Of a stretch of DNA of 64,000 bases, positions 12,845 through 22,412 are shown piece after piece. The stretch is from Escherichia coli (lineage in GTDB: Bacteria; Pseudomonadota; Gammaproteobacteria; Enterobacterales; Enterobacteriaceae). The stretch lies in NCBI RefSeq assembly GCF_003334335.1, contig NZ_QOWQ01000025.1; one strand, written 5' to 3'. Below the pieces are notes generated by a model that ran no database searches, had not been told where the DNA came from, and saw nothing but the letters and a program-made list of their open reading frames with translations. The translations under genes were made by a program, and so were the position numbers. Position 1 is the stretch's first letter. Each line of letters starts with the position of its first letter.

Positions 12845-14206
12845 ATGTTTAAACCGGAACTCCTTTCCCCGGCGGGAACGCTGAAAAATATGCGTTACGC
12901 TTTCGCTTATGGCGCAGATGCTGTTTATGCGGGCCAGCCGCGTTATTCCCTGCGTGTGCGCAACAACGAATTCAACCACGAAAATCTTCAGCTCGGCATC
13001 AATGAAGCCCACGCGCTGGGGAAAAAGTTTTATGTCGTGGTCAACATTGCACCGCACAACGCCAAGCTGAAAACCTTTATCCGTGACCTGAAACCGGTGG
13101 TGGAAATGGGGCCGGATGCGCTGATTATGTCCGATCCAGGGCTGATTATGCTGGTGCGTGAGCACTTCCCTGAAATGCCGATCCACCTTTCGGTGCAGGC
13201 TAACGCCGTGAACTGGGCGACGGTGAAATTCTGGCAGCAAATGGGCCTGACCCGCGTGATCCTCTCTCGCGAGCTGTCGCTGGAAGAGATTGAAGAGATC
13301 CGCAATCAGGTGCCGGATATGGAGATCGAGATCTTCGTTCACGGCGCGCTGTGCATGGCCTACTCCGGTCGCTGCCTGCTCTCTGGCTATATCAACAAGC
13401 GCGACCCGAACCAGGGCACCTGCACCAACGCCTGCCGCTGGGAGTACAACGTCCAGGAAGGGAAAGAAGATGATGTTGGCAACATCGTACACAAGTACGA
13501 GCCGATTCCGGTGCAAAATGTTGAGCCGACGCTGGGTATCGGCGCACCAACCGACAAAGTGTTTATGATCGAAGAGGCCCAGCGTCCGGGCGAGTATATG
13601 ACCGCGTTTGAAGATGAGCACGGCACTTACATCATGAACTCGAAAGATCTGCGCGCCATCGCCCATGTAGAACGCCTGACCAAAATGGGCGTGCATTCGC
13701 TGAAAATCGAAGGTCGTACCAAATCTTTCTACTATTGTGCACGCACCGCACAGGTTTACCGCAAAGCTATCGATGACGCCGCTGCGGGAAAACCGTTCGA
13801 TACCAGCCTGCTGGAAACTCTGGAAGGTCTGGCGCATCGTGGCTATACCGAAGGTTTCCTGCGTCGTCATACTCACGACGATTATCAGAACTACGAATAC
13901 GGTTATTCAGTTTCTGACCGCCAGCAGTTTGTTGGTGAGTTTACCGGTGAGCGCAAGGGGGACCTCGCGGCGGTAGCGGTGAAAAATAAATTCTCCGTTG
14001 GCGACAGCCTTGAGCTGATGACGCCGCAAGGCAACATTAATTTTACCCTTGAGCACATGGAAAACGCCAAAGGCGAAGCTATGCCGATAGCACCAGGCGA
14101 TGGTTATACTGTGTGGCTCCCGGTCCCGCAGGATCTTGAGCTCAATTACGCGCTGCTGATGCGTAATTTCTCCGGGGAAACCACGCGTAATCCCCACGGT
14201 AAGTGA
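12845..14206 (+). CDS. yegQ: U32-family peptidase YegQ (453 aa)
   Basis: 453-aa ORF; conserved Cys-rich U32 motifs (CMAYSGRCLLSGY, CTNACRWEY). Confidence 0.93.
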   Translation: MFKPELLSPAGTLKNMRYAFAYGADAVYAGQPRYSLRVRNNEFNHENLQLGINEAHALGKKFYVVVNIAPHNAKLKTFIRDLKPVVEMGPDALIMSDPGLIMLVREHFPEMPIHLSVQANAVNWATVKFWQQMGLTRVILSRELSLEEIEEIRNQVPDMEIEIFVHGALCMAYSGRCLLSGYINKRDPNQGTCTNACRWEYNVQEGKEDDVGNIVHKYEPIPVQNVEPTLGIGAPTDKVFMIEEAQRPGEYMTAFEDEHGTYIMNSKDLRAIAHVERLTKMGVHSLKIEGRTKSFYYCARTAQVYRKAIDDAAAGKPFDTSLLETLEGLAHRGYTEGFLRRHTHDDYQNYEYGYSVSDRQQFVGEFTGERKGDLAAVAVKNKFSVGDSLELMTPQGNINFTLEHMENAKGEAMPIAPGDGYTVWLPVPQDLELNYALLMRNFSGETTRNPHGK

Positions 14207-14238
14207 TTAATTTCGATTATTTTTCCCGGATGGAAAAT

Positions 14239-14260
14239 TCTTAGAAACCGATCACATACA
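14239..14260 (+). promoter_or_regulatory. Possible CRP site in the cyaR promoter
   Basis: A TCACA half-site (ccgatcacataca) lies about 40 bp upstream of the cyaR 5' end. CyaR is CRP-dependent in K-12; the match is only partial. Confidence 0.3.
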
Positions 14261-14290
14261 GCTGCATTTATTAAGGTTATCATCCGTTTC

Positions 14291-14377
14291 GCTGAAAAAC
14301 ATAACCCATAAAATGCTAGCTGTACCAGGAACCACCTCCTTAGCCTGTGTAATCTCCCTTACACGGGCTTATTTTTT
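14291..14377 (+). ncRNA. cyaR: CyaR (RyeE) Hfq-dependent sRNA
   Basis: GCTGAAAAACATAACCCATAAAATGCTAGCTGTACCAGGAACCACCTCCTTAGCCTGTGTAATCTCCCTTACACGGGCTTATTTTTT matches the known CyaR sequence, including the terminator hairpin and U-tail. Confidence 0.9.
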
Positions 14378-14378
14378 A
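14351..14378. repeat. attL core (AATCTCCCTTACACGGGCTTATTTTTTA), overlapping the cyaR terminator
   Basis: Identical 28-mer is repeated at 48032..48059. Confidence 0.85.
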
Positions 14379-14440
14379 CGTACAATAAATTGAAATAAAA
14401 GGATTTATTTCTGGTCACGTCCACACATTGACCACATCGA

Positions 14441-14466
14441 CAAAAAAGCCCCTCGACTGAGGGGCT
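14441..14466 (-). terminator. Rho-independent terminator downstream of ogr
   Basis: Stem AGCCCCTC / GAGGGGCT with loop GACT, followed on the minus strand by TTTTTTG. Confidence 0.6.
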
Positions 14467-14478
14467 TCCTGTTTGTAA

Positions 14479-14697
14479 TTACATCCACATAATTTGCTGC
14501 CCTGACGGCAACGGGTGCGGTCTTACGGCGTGGACTTCTCCCGGCTTCACGATGTATCGCTGTACCGACTCATAAGTGATGAACGTGGCGCTGCAATTCA
14601 CGTTCTGACACTGGTGATAACGCTCTTTTGTCGTGTCAGTGATATAGCGGCTTGTACGCGCATGTGCGGCATGCTGGCATAAAGGACAATGAAACAT
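14479..14697 (-). CDS. ogr: Late-gene transcriptional activator Ogr (72 aa, zinc finger)
   Basis: MFHCPLCQHAAHARTSRYITDTTKERYHQCQNVNCSATF...; ORF 14479..14760 trimmed to the P2 Ogr start. Confidence 0.9.
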   Translation of the reverse strand: MFHCPLCQHAAHARTSRYITDTTKERYHQCQNVNCSATFITYESVQRYIVKPGEVHAVRPHPLPSGQQIMWM

Positions 14698-14778
14698 CGC
14701 GAGCACCTCTTCCGGTTTTGTTGATGTTGCCATTTTAGTTAATTTATCCTTATAAAACAAACAGATAAATAAAACACA

Positions 14779-15942
14779 TCACTCATCATCTTCTGTTTCG
14801 TACTCCACATCAGAAAGCCTTACCTCAAGCTCCAAAGACGTCGTGAAGCCGCTATTATTCAGAAAATGTGTCACCTTAGTGATTGTCCAGTCCTGCTCGT
14901 CTATGACGCGCTTAAAGCCTGACACTTTAACCGGTGTTTCCGTGTAAATATCTGCCCGACCGGTAGCCAGGCTGATGGAGAACTCCGCGACGCCCCGTTG
15001 CAGTTTGTCCCACTTAGCCTGAGCGGCGCGCATGGCCTGCGCTTTTGTGGCATATACCGTGGTCAGGGCAAAAACGTTGTCAGCCTCACCGGCCATGTAT
15101 TCACCTTCGCGCGCTTCCGGTACTTTTGGCGCTTTCTTCTGCGTGACTGGTTTCGCTTTCGGGTGCTCCAGTGCGCGCAGGTGTTTCTCTTTCTTTTTGC
15201 GCTTCAGTTTTACCTTCTGCTTTTGTGGCTTCGGGTCTTTGGTGTGTAACCACTTTGCCGTTACGCCGGTATAGGCTCCACGGTCAGCAATCGCAAAATG
15301 ATGGCGGTCGCCGTCGCTGCGGGTGATGGTAATCTGCGGGATTTTTTTACCGCTGGCCGTCACCCCCTGCCCCGCTTTGAGAAACAGCAGTTTTCCCATT
15401 TTTACCGACACCTCGCCGCCGTTGCGTTCAGCAAGGCGGGTCAGGAATTTTGCATCAGACTCCTGCGACTGGTCGATGTGCGGGATTTTAATTCCGGCCA
15501 GTGACGGAGCGACACTGGCTTCCAGCCTGTTACGGGAGGCTATCGCCTCAACAATCGCACCGAGCGTGGTGTCATGCCAGGAGCCTTCCCGGCGGGAATT
15601 GAGCGTCCCGCGGAAATCTGCACTCCGGGCGCGGATGGTGACCACATCCGGCGCGCCCCGGTGTTCAACCTCATCAACGGTGAATTTCCCTTTGCATACC
15701 AGGGCAAAACCTTTCCAGCCGATATACACCGTCAGGACAGCGCCACGAACCGGCAGCCCGACCTGCCCGTCGGCATCGTTCAGTTCAATATCAAGCTGGT
15801 CAGCTTCAAAGCCCCGGTTATCCGTCAGAGTCATGCTCATCAGACGGTCGCTGATATTGCCGGTAATATCCCTGCTGTCGAGCATCAGCATGTAATCCGG
15901 CGTCAGCGTACTGCCTGCATCAAATGTCAGCGCATCCAGCAT
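14779..15942 (-). CDS. D: P2 gpD-like tail protein (387 aa)
   Basis: Position and length match P2 gpD. Confidence 0.9.
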   Translation of the reverse strand: MLDALTFDAGSTLTPDYMLMLDSRDITGNISDRLMSMTLTDNRGFEADQLDIELNDADGQVGLPVRGAVLTVYIGWKGFALVCKGKFTVDEVEHRGAPDVVTIRARSADFRGTLNSRREGSWHDTTLGAIVEAIASRNRLEASVAPSLAGIKIPHIDQSQESDAKFLTRLAERNGGEVSVKMGKLLFLKAGQGVTASGKKIPQITITRSDGDRHHFAIADRGAYTGVTAKWLHTKDPKPQKQKVKLKRKKKEKHLRALEHPKAKPVTQKKAPKVPEAREGEYMAGEADNVFALTTVYATKAQAMRAAQAKWDKLQRGVAEFSISLATGRADIYTETPVKVSGFKRVIDEQDWTITKVTHFLNNSGFTTSLELEVRLSDVEYETEDDE

Positions 15943-16421
15943 TATCCCGCCCCCATCATACCTGTGAATCTGGTCGCCAGACTGCCGGCCTTACCGATGA
16001 GCGATTCCGCCTGTTTACCAATATCGCCATAAAGCGCGGCCAGTGATTCATCAACGCGGGTGAGCGACAGCGTAAAATCAATTTTCCGGGGTGTGCCGTC
16101 TGCAAAGAAAATACTCCCTGTTTCACTCACCCTGCTGATGACATACATACCGTAAATCATGCCGGTGCCATCCAGCAACGGCCACGCCCGGCCTTCCTCT
16201 GCCATCAGCCTGAGCGTGGTCATCGTCAGCTTCCCGCCGGTCAGTTCGGGATAAAGCACACCGGCAAGCGTGATGTTTTCCTCGCCCACACCGAGAAACT
16301 GAAGGGCATCCCGTTTACCGATACGGGAATTTGACGGCCAGCGATAATCTGATTCACGCTGCATGGTCTGGTGTGGCAGCGTCTGGCGCATAAAAACAAA
16401 CATACCTAACGCGAGCATCAT
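15942..16421 (-). CDS. U: P2 gpU-like tail protein (159 aa)
   Basis: Position and length match P2 gpU. Confidence 0.9.
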   Translation of the reverse strand: MMLALGMFVFMRQTLPHQTMQRESDYRWPSNSRIGKRDALQFLGVGEENITLAGVLYPELTGGKLTMTTLRLMAEEGRAWPLLDGTGMIYGMYVISRVSETGSIFFADGTPRKIDFTLSLTRVDESLAALYGDIGKQAESLIGKAGSLATRFTGMMGAG

Positions 16422-16435
16422 TTTTCGTCACCTCC

Positions 16436-18883
16436 TTAACCGTCATGCATCATGCTGGCACGGGCGCGCGCACGTTTATCCCGCTCGTATTTTTCGAGCG
16501 CATCCTGTAACTGGCGGTCGAGCTGAGTCCCCGGCGCAGTACCGCCCGTCAGACTGATGTGATATTCGTTTTTACTCTGGTCCACATAAGAGCGGCCAGC
16601 CGGTGCCGTAACCGGCTGATAAGCCTGATAACCTGCATAAGAGCTGGTCGCCGGAATATAACCACCGGTGCCATACGTGGCGGCATGAGTTCTGGCGGCG
16701 GTCTGGTCAAGTGTGTCTGACTCTTTGTTGATAACACCGAGTTTTTCCAGTACCCAGTCAATACCGCTGCGCAGTTTGTTGAACGCATTAAGCGGCAGCA
16801 TCAGCGCGTCAGCCAGTGCCTGCCCGAACATGACGCCCGTGTCACGGCAACGGTTCAGGGTGTCCCGGGTGGCTTTGACCGGGGCAATCAGGTTTTTAAA
16901 CCACTGCCACGCGGCCTGTAACTTTTCACCCAGCCAGTTAAACAGCGGCTTAAGTGGCGTGAACAGTTCCCCCACCGGCGCAAATGCCGCTTTCAGCCCT
17001 TCAACCACACCGCCAAAGAATGCGCTGACAGGCTCCCAGTATTTACGGATAAGCAACGCCCCGGCGACAATGGCAGCCACCACGGCCACAACCGGCCAGC
17101 TAATCGCACTGATGGCCGTCATAACGGCACTACCAACCGTCGTGAAGATTGCCCCCATTGCGCCTGCTGCCGCGATAATGGCATTGATGCCGGTGATAAC
17201 CGGCCAGGCTACGAGGCCAATGGCACCGATGACACCAATCAGCGCCAGTGCACCACCGACAATGATGCCGATGGTTGACGCCAGTGATTTGTTTTTCTGT
17301 ATCCAGCCGTCGAGTTTTAACACATACTTTGTGGCCGTCTGCGTGAGCTTACGCAGTGCGCCTTCCTGCTGGTCAAACAGGTCAGTCCCCACCGCCTCAT
17401 AAGCGGACTGAAACTCCTTAAAGTCACCGCCGAGGTTGTCCTGCATGATATTTACCAGCTCAGCGGTCTTCCCGTCTGAGGCTTTAAACGCAGCGGTCAG
17501 TTTGTCCAGCTTTCCAGTTGAGGCGGCAGTCATCAGCACGGCGGCGGCTGAGCTGGCCTCCTCCCCGAAAATAGTTTTCATGTATTCAGCCTGCTGGGCA
17601 GTACCGAGCCGGTTTTTCTCAAAACTGGCCTGCATTTCTTTCAGAATGGTAAATACTGGTCGGGTGTTTCCCTTGCTGTCTGAGGTTTTCACACCAAGCT
17701 CTTTGAGTGCATCCCATGCTTTTCCCGTCGGTGCCTGCAGGCGGCTTAACACGGCACGGCTTCCCGTCCCCGCCATTGAACCAGTAATTTTTGCGTCATG
17801 CAGCGCCCCGACCATTGCGGCGGTTTCTTCAATGCTGACACCGGCATTTTTTGCCACTGGTGCGGCATAGGTCAGCGCATCGCTCATACCGTCAAAATCG
17901 GCGGCGGTTTTGTTCATCGTCATGGAGAGAACATCCCCGATATGAGCGACCTTATCGTTTGAAAGCTGAAAGGCGGATTTCATCCCCATCAGCAGGGCGG
18001 CGTTTTCTTCCATCGTGCGACGGTTCGCCAGCGCCATATTCAGCGTGACCGGCGTTGCCGCCTGAATGGCATCAACATCCCCACCGGCTTTCGCAATAAT
18101 AATCTGCGCACCGGCTGCATCATCTGCCGAGGCTGCGGTATTGTCGCCGAGCTGGCGCGCCTGCTTGCGTAGTGCAGCCATTTCGGCGGAGTCTTTTGCC
18201 ACACCGAGCACGGCCTGCAATTCTGAGTTTTTCTGCGCAAACTCATAACCGGGCATCAGCAACTTAACTCCGGCCATCGTTCCCGCAGCAGCAATCCCCA
18301 CACCGGCAGCGCCCACTGAGGCCATATTTCCGGCCAGTTCCTTTCCGGCCTGATAACGCTGTTTGACTGCGTTAAGTTTTGCCTGTTGTGCGCTGACACG
18401 CGCCAGTGCATCGCGCTGACGGTTAAGTTGTGCGGTGGTTTCACTGATACGGTTTTTCAGCCCCTGCTCATCATGTGCAAGATTGCGGGTATTAATTCCC
18501 ACAGCGGCCAGTTCCCGCTGCTGGCGTTTAACAGAATCCGTCAGGCGGTTATATTTCGCCTGTAAGTCCTCCGCCGCACGCTTTGCGGATTCCAGCACTT
18601 TCGCCTGAGCACGGGTTGGACGTTCGGTGTTTTTAAACTGTGTGGCAAGGGCTTCGGCCTCCTGCCGTGCCTTTTCAAGTGCATGACCAGTCACGGCGAG
18701 CTGTGCACTGGTCTTGCGGAATCCCTCAATACGGGATGCGTGACCGTTCAGCTCGCGCAGTGATTTTTGTGTTTCCCGGATATCCCCCGACAGCGACCTG
18801 CTCGCTGTACGGATGGATTTAAACGGGCGGGATGCCTGGTCAACAGCCCTGAGCAATACCTGTAATTTTACATTGTTACTCAT
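16436..18883 (-). CDS. T: Tail tape measure protein gpT (815 aa)
   Basis: 815-aa Ala/Gly-rich coiled-coil protein with hydrophobic segments; length matches P2 gpT. Confidence 0.9.
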   Translation of the reverse strand: MSNNVKLQVLLRAVDQASRPFKSIRTASRSLSGDIRETQKSLRELNGHASRIEGFRKTSAQLAVTGHALEKARQEAEALATQFKNTERPTRAQAKVLESAKRAAEDLQAKYNRLTDSVKRQQRELAAVGINTRNLAHDEQGLKNRISETTAQLNRQRDALARVSAQQAKLNAVKQRYQAGKELAGNMASVGAAGVGIAAAGTMAGVKLLMPGYEFAQKNSELQAVLGVAKDSAEMAALRKQARQLGDNTAASADDAAGAQIIIAKAGGDVDAIQAATPVTLNMALANRRTMEENAALLMGMKSAFQLSNDKVAHIGDVLSMTMNKTAADFDGMSDALTYAAPVAKNAGVSIEETAAMVGALHDAKITGSMAGTGSRAVLSRLQAPTGKAWDALKELGVKTSDSKGNTRPVFTILKEMQASFEKNRLGTAQQAEYMKTIFGEEASSAAAVLMTAASTGKLDKLTAAFKASDGKTAELVNIMQDNLGGDFKEFQSAYEAVGTDLFDQQEGALRKLTQTATKYVLKLDGWIQKNKSLASTIGIIVGGALALIGVIGAIGLVAWPVITGINAIIAAAGAMGAIFTTVGSAVMTAISAISWPVVAVVAAIVAGALLIRKYWEPVSAFFGGVVEGLKAAFAPVGELFTPLKPLFNWLGEKLQAAWQWFKNLIAPVKATRDTLNRCRDTGVMFGQALADALMLPLNAFNKLRSGIDWVLEKLGVINKESDTLDQTAARTHAATYGTGGYIPATSSYAGYQAYQPVTAPAGRSYVDQSKNEYHISLTGGTAPGTQLDRQLQDALEKYERDKRARARASMMHDG

Positions 18884-19303
18884 TCGTGTTTCCGCTTCGC
18901 CGGAGTGCCTTTTCGCGCCATGTGATGAGTTCGGTCAGGCTCATGGGATACAGTTCTGATGGCGGCCAGTGAAATATCACTGCCACATCCGCCATCAGGT
19001 CATCGACCGAGAGATTTTTCGGAAACGTTACTGCACCGAGTTCGGCGACAAAAAACCGACCACCTTACCGGCCAGCGCCACAAGGTCAGGCAGTTCCAGC
19101 GCGGCGACCTCCTGCTCGGTCAGCATCGGTGCCGTCATGCGCGGCAGTACCTTAATCAGTGCATCGACTTCGGAGTTTGCAACCGCAGCCAGACTGACAC
19201 CGCGCAGCGTCCCCGCACTGGGTTTCATCAGCGTGACCTGTTCGATAACCTGCTCACCACGCTTGACCGGATTGTCCAGGGTAATCACATTTTCTTTGTT
19301 CAT
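18876..19303 (-). CDS. E: Tail assembly chaperone gpE (19028..19303) and frameshift product gpE+E' (to 18876)
   Basis: E is a 91-aa ORF. The slippery heptamer TTTTTTG (19049..19055, minus strand) lies in codons G-F-L near the E 3' end. Manual -1 frame reading continues to a TAA at 18876..18878, overlapping the T start, as in P2. Confidence 0.75.
19049..19055 (-). other. Programmed -1 ribosomal frameshift slippery site (T6G) for E/E'
   Basis: GGTTTTTTG on the minus strand, conserved in position relative to P2-type E/E' tail chaperones. Confidence 0.7.
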
Positions 19304-19359
19304 GGTTTTCTCACTTCTGAATCAGGGTTAACCGGTCAGCCAGGCTGACCGGATGAAAA

Positions 19360-19878
19360 TCACAGGCCGATATTTCGGCGGTGTTGCTCCAGCCGGTCGA
19401 CGCCGTTCACCTTCTCAATCATGTTGATGGTGTCGATTTCGACCAGCTCCTTACCGTCCATCGTCAGCCGGAAATAGGTGCAGACCACGGAGATTTTCGA
19501 CTCGGTGTCTTCTCCCTGTTTACCCTCGCCGGTGTCGATTTCTTTCTGACGTCCACGCATGACCACTTCGACGGCCACCGTTTCGCCGGTATCGTCGCGC
19601 TGGTAAGAACCGGCAAAACGAATCGGCACGGCATCCACACCGGTTGCGGCGTAAAGCTCCCAGATAACCGAATCCGGGAAGCCACCGAGCGACCACTCCA
19701 TTGACAGCGCATCGTCATCAAGGCCGAGGTCTACCGGTGCGCTTCCGTTCATCCCCGCACCGCGATAGTTTTCGAGCTTACGGGTCAGTTTTGGCAGCGT
19801 GACGGACTTTGCAACGCCCTGATAGCTGTAGCCGTTCAGAAAGACGTTCATTAACTTGAGTTTGCGCGGCATTGCCAT
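19360..19878 (-). CDS. FII: Tail tube protein gpFII (172 aa)
   Basis: Position and length match P2 FII. Confidence 0.9.
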   Translation of the reverse strand: MAMPRKLKLMNVFLNGYSYQGVAKSVTLPKLTRKLENYRGAGMNGSAPVDLGLDDDALSMEWSLGGFPDSVIWELYAATGVDAVPIRFAGSYQRDDTGETVAVEVVMRGRQKEIDTGEGKQGEDTESKISVVCTYFRLTMDGKELVEIDTINMIEKVNGVDRLEQHRRNIGL

Positions 19879-19890
19879 CGGTCAGGCTCC

Positions 19891-21081
19891 TTAATTGCTG
19901 TTAACCGAAGTGACCAGATTTGCCAGGTATTTATCGGTAATACGCTGGCGCAGGGTCAGGTTTTCAAGAGGAGGCACCGGGGTATAGTCGTAGTCGATAT
20001 ACAGTTTTCCGGCCTTGAGGGTTTCCGCATCGTTGGATTCTTCGCTGAACCAGCAGGTCGCATCCACGATATAGCCGTTTGTTTTCAGCTCACGGAATTT
20101 GGCATTGATGCCGTCAACGATGTCGCGAATCAGCGTTGCGGTGATGGGCTTGTCCACCGCCCACATGTGCGCCTCAGCCATCGTGTCGGCCAGCACCTGC
20201 GCGGTGCGGGTGTAGTTTTCAAAGAGGAACAGCGGGTCATCCGAGCAGGTACGGTTACCCCAGAAGCGGAAACCGTCACGGCGAATCAGCGTTGTGACAC
20301 CTGACTCATTAAGCAGGTCAGCATCGGTGCCGGACTCCTGCAAATCCCAGAATACAGAGGCACTGATGCCGGTAACACCGTTTACCCCGACATTGGACAG
20401 CGTTTTATGCCATCCCTGCTCCTGGTCGATTCTGGCACGCAACCCCAGCGCACGGGCGGTGGCATACGCGGTGGCGGTGGTACTGGTGACCGTATCCCAT
20501 GCGAGGAAATCCGGCCAGATGACCATCAGCTCACGCTGGCTGAAATTCTGGCGGTAGGCTTTCACCTCGGAAATGGTCTTACAGCCCCATGCGCTGATAT
20601 ATCCGAAAGCACGCAGCTTCTGACAGACGGATGCCAGTGCAACAGCCACCTCTTTGGTATCCAGTCCCGGCACACCGAGAATACGCGGTTTAACACCGGT
20701 TACCGACTCCGCCGCCAGCAGGGCTTTCAGTCCGGTGTACTGACCGTTTTCGTCGGTGGTGCCGATGATATTGGAAACGGTCTGCGCGAGTTTCGTTTCC
20801 TCGTCGTCGCCGGTGCCGTCTTCCACACGCACGACAACGGTGACCGGTTTTGACTGGTCGGCGATGGCCTGCAACGATGCCGCCAGCGTGCCTTTTTTAC
20901 CGGCCTTTGCAATTGCGCTCTGTACATTGGTTATCAGCACCGGTTTATTGAGGGGGAAGGTTTCCGCATCCGCATCGCTGGCCGTGCAGACCATGCCGAC
21001 AATGGCCGTGGATACGGTGGAAATGACGCGGGTGCCGTCGTTAATCTCCAGCACCTGCACGCCGTGATGATAGTCACTCAT
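19891..21081 (-). CDS. FI: Contractile tail sheath protein gpFI (396 aa)
   Basis: Position and length match P2 FI. Confidence 0.9.
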   Translation of the reverse strand: MSDYHHGVQVLEINDGTRVISTVSTAIVGMVCTASDADAETFPLNKPVLITNVQSAIAKAGKKGTLAASLQAIADQSKPVTVVVRVEDGTGDDEETKLAQTVSNIIGTTDENGQYTGLKALLAAESVTGVKPRILGVPGLDTKEVAVALASVCQKLRAFGYISAWGCKTISEVKAYRQNFSQRELMVIWPDFLAWDTVTSTTATAYATARALGLRARIDQEQGWHKTLSNVGVNGVTGISASVFWDLQESGTDADLLNESGVTTLIRRDGFRFWGNRTCSDDPLFLFENYTRTAQVLADTMAEAHMWAVDKPITATLIRDIVDGINAKFRELKTNGYIVDATCWFSEESNDAETLKAGKLYIDYDYTPVPPLENLTLRQRITDKYLANLVTSVNSN

Positions 21082-21185
21082 CCGTTTAACTCCGTGGTTA
21101 ATGGGTGCAACTATTTTCTGTTGTGCAGAGTATGAGGCGCTATTTGACCTGGCTGGTCAGTGGATGAAACAACAGATAAAGAAAA

Positions 21186-21204
21186 GGCGGGCAATTCGCC
21201 CGCC
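21186..21204 (-). terminator. GC-rich stem-loop, candidate terminator upstream of FI
   Basis: GGCGGGC / loop aattc / GCCCGCC, flanked by an A-run on plus (U-run on minus). Confidence 0.4.
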
Positions 21205-21481
21205 TGTCCTGATTTGTACTCACTCATTTTCCGCCTGACAATTTACATAGCCCAAATGCTATCAAATCTGACAGCCTGCTTTGAGCGAGTAACTAAATTT
21301 GATTTAAATAAATTATAAGGATTCAAATGTTATTGGCACAAATTCCTGAGATGCAAACAGTCACACTAAGTGTTCAAACAAGGTTCTGGACTACGGCTAA
21401 CTCATCAGTTAAGTTTGTTTCCGACCTGTCGTTTCTTCCCTGTCAGGAGTCACTTTTCGTGTTATTTTTTAAGGATGTTTT

Positions 21482-22261
21482 ATGAGTAATGAAACACAAT
21501 CATTCCTTAGTCAATTGCTAATATCCATAATCTCTATATCTTTAGGGTCATTTCTTTTTGCTGGAATCCTAGAGAGCTACAAAAAAGACCAAGATCTTCA
21601 GGAGGAGTTTATAAAGGATTACTTTAGGCCAATGATGAAATTACAAAGTTCTTGTTCATCTTCACATAATGAACTATTTCTAAAGTATGGAGAGTTATCT
21701 GCTTCTTATCAGCTCATGTATAATGAAATAGTACATATGGCAATGAGCCCTGATTCAGAATTAGGACAACATTATGAAGTTCTCCCGATATCTCTTATTA
21801 AAACAAATGAAGAGTTAAAAAAAAGAGTTGAAGATCTTGAAATGACGGTAAAAAAATGCAATGTCGATTTATTCCTTAAGTACGAAGAGCTTGCATTAGT
21901 TACTGGTTCATATCCAGAGTTTAAGAGGCTGGCGAAAAAACACACTGACACAATTAACTCCATCTATTCAGAAAGACAAAAAAAAGCAAAGGGAAATGCA
22001 AAAAATATAGACCCTGATCAACTAATTCCATTGATGCGGAAATATATTGCCATGGATCCACACACCAATGTAAACAAATCCATGCTTGCCAGTGAAATTG
22101 ATAACATATCTAAACTAACAACACAGCATAATTTGATAATGGCAGAATATGAGGAGTTAATTTTCAAAGAAGATAATGATTTATTTATAACTCTTCATGA
22201 TCTTTATGCAATCAAAATTAGTGAAAAGTATTCAGGTGGATTTATCAGTTGGATATTTTAA
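21482..22261 (+). CDS. Cargo island 1 (Z/fun position): hypothetical 259-aa protein, N-terminal TM helix plus helical domain
   Basis: AT-rich ORF on the opposite strand to the flanking tail genes, with an RBS (AAGGA) 7 nt upstream. Hydrophobic segment LLISIISISLGSFLFAGIL near the N-terminus. Sits where P2 carries Z/fun. Confidence 0.75.
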   Translation: MSNETQSFLSQLLISIISISLGSFLFAGILESYKKDQDLQEEFIKDYFRPMMKLQSSCSSSHNELFLKYGELSASYQLMYNEIVHMAMSPDSELGQHYEVLPISLIKTNEELKKRVEDLEMTVKKCNVDLFLKYEELALVTGSYPEFKRLAKKHTDTINSIYSERQKKAKGNAKNIDPDQLIPLMRKYIAMDPHTNVNKSMLASEIDNISKLTTQHNLIMAEYEELIFKEDNDLFITLHDLYAIKISEKYSGGFISWIF

Positions 22262-22339
22262 AACATGATAACTCATCAGATACAATGCTAACTATGTAGA
22301 ACGCGTAAATCTGTGAAGGTTACCAATGTGTTAGGTAAT

Positions 22340-22363
22340 GTCCGCTCCTTGCACAGAGCGGAC
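22340..22363. terminator. Stem-loop between cargo 1 and gene G, possible bidirectional terminator
   Basis: GTCCGCTC / loop cttgcaca / GAGCGGAC perfect 8-bp stem; the flanks are only weakly U-rich. Confidence 0.35.
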
Positions 22364-22412
22364 TGTCAGATTAGGCTTTACTCTGTGCTATAGATATGTC
22401 AGCTCATACAAC

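Noticed and set aside
12803-13876. 357-aa ORF antisense to yegQ
   Set aside because: It fully overlaps yegQ on the opposite strand; yegQ has the conserved U32 motifs, the antisense frame has none.
15323-17870. Long antisense ORFs inside prophage genes D, U and T (15323..15895 +, 15574..16032 +, 16713..17402 +, 17436..17870 +)
   Set aside because: Low-complexity Ala/Ser/Pro-rich translations typical of the reverse frame of GC-rich genes; the P2-colinear minus-strand genes account for the region.
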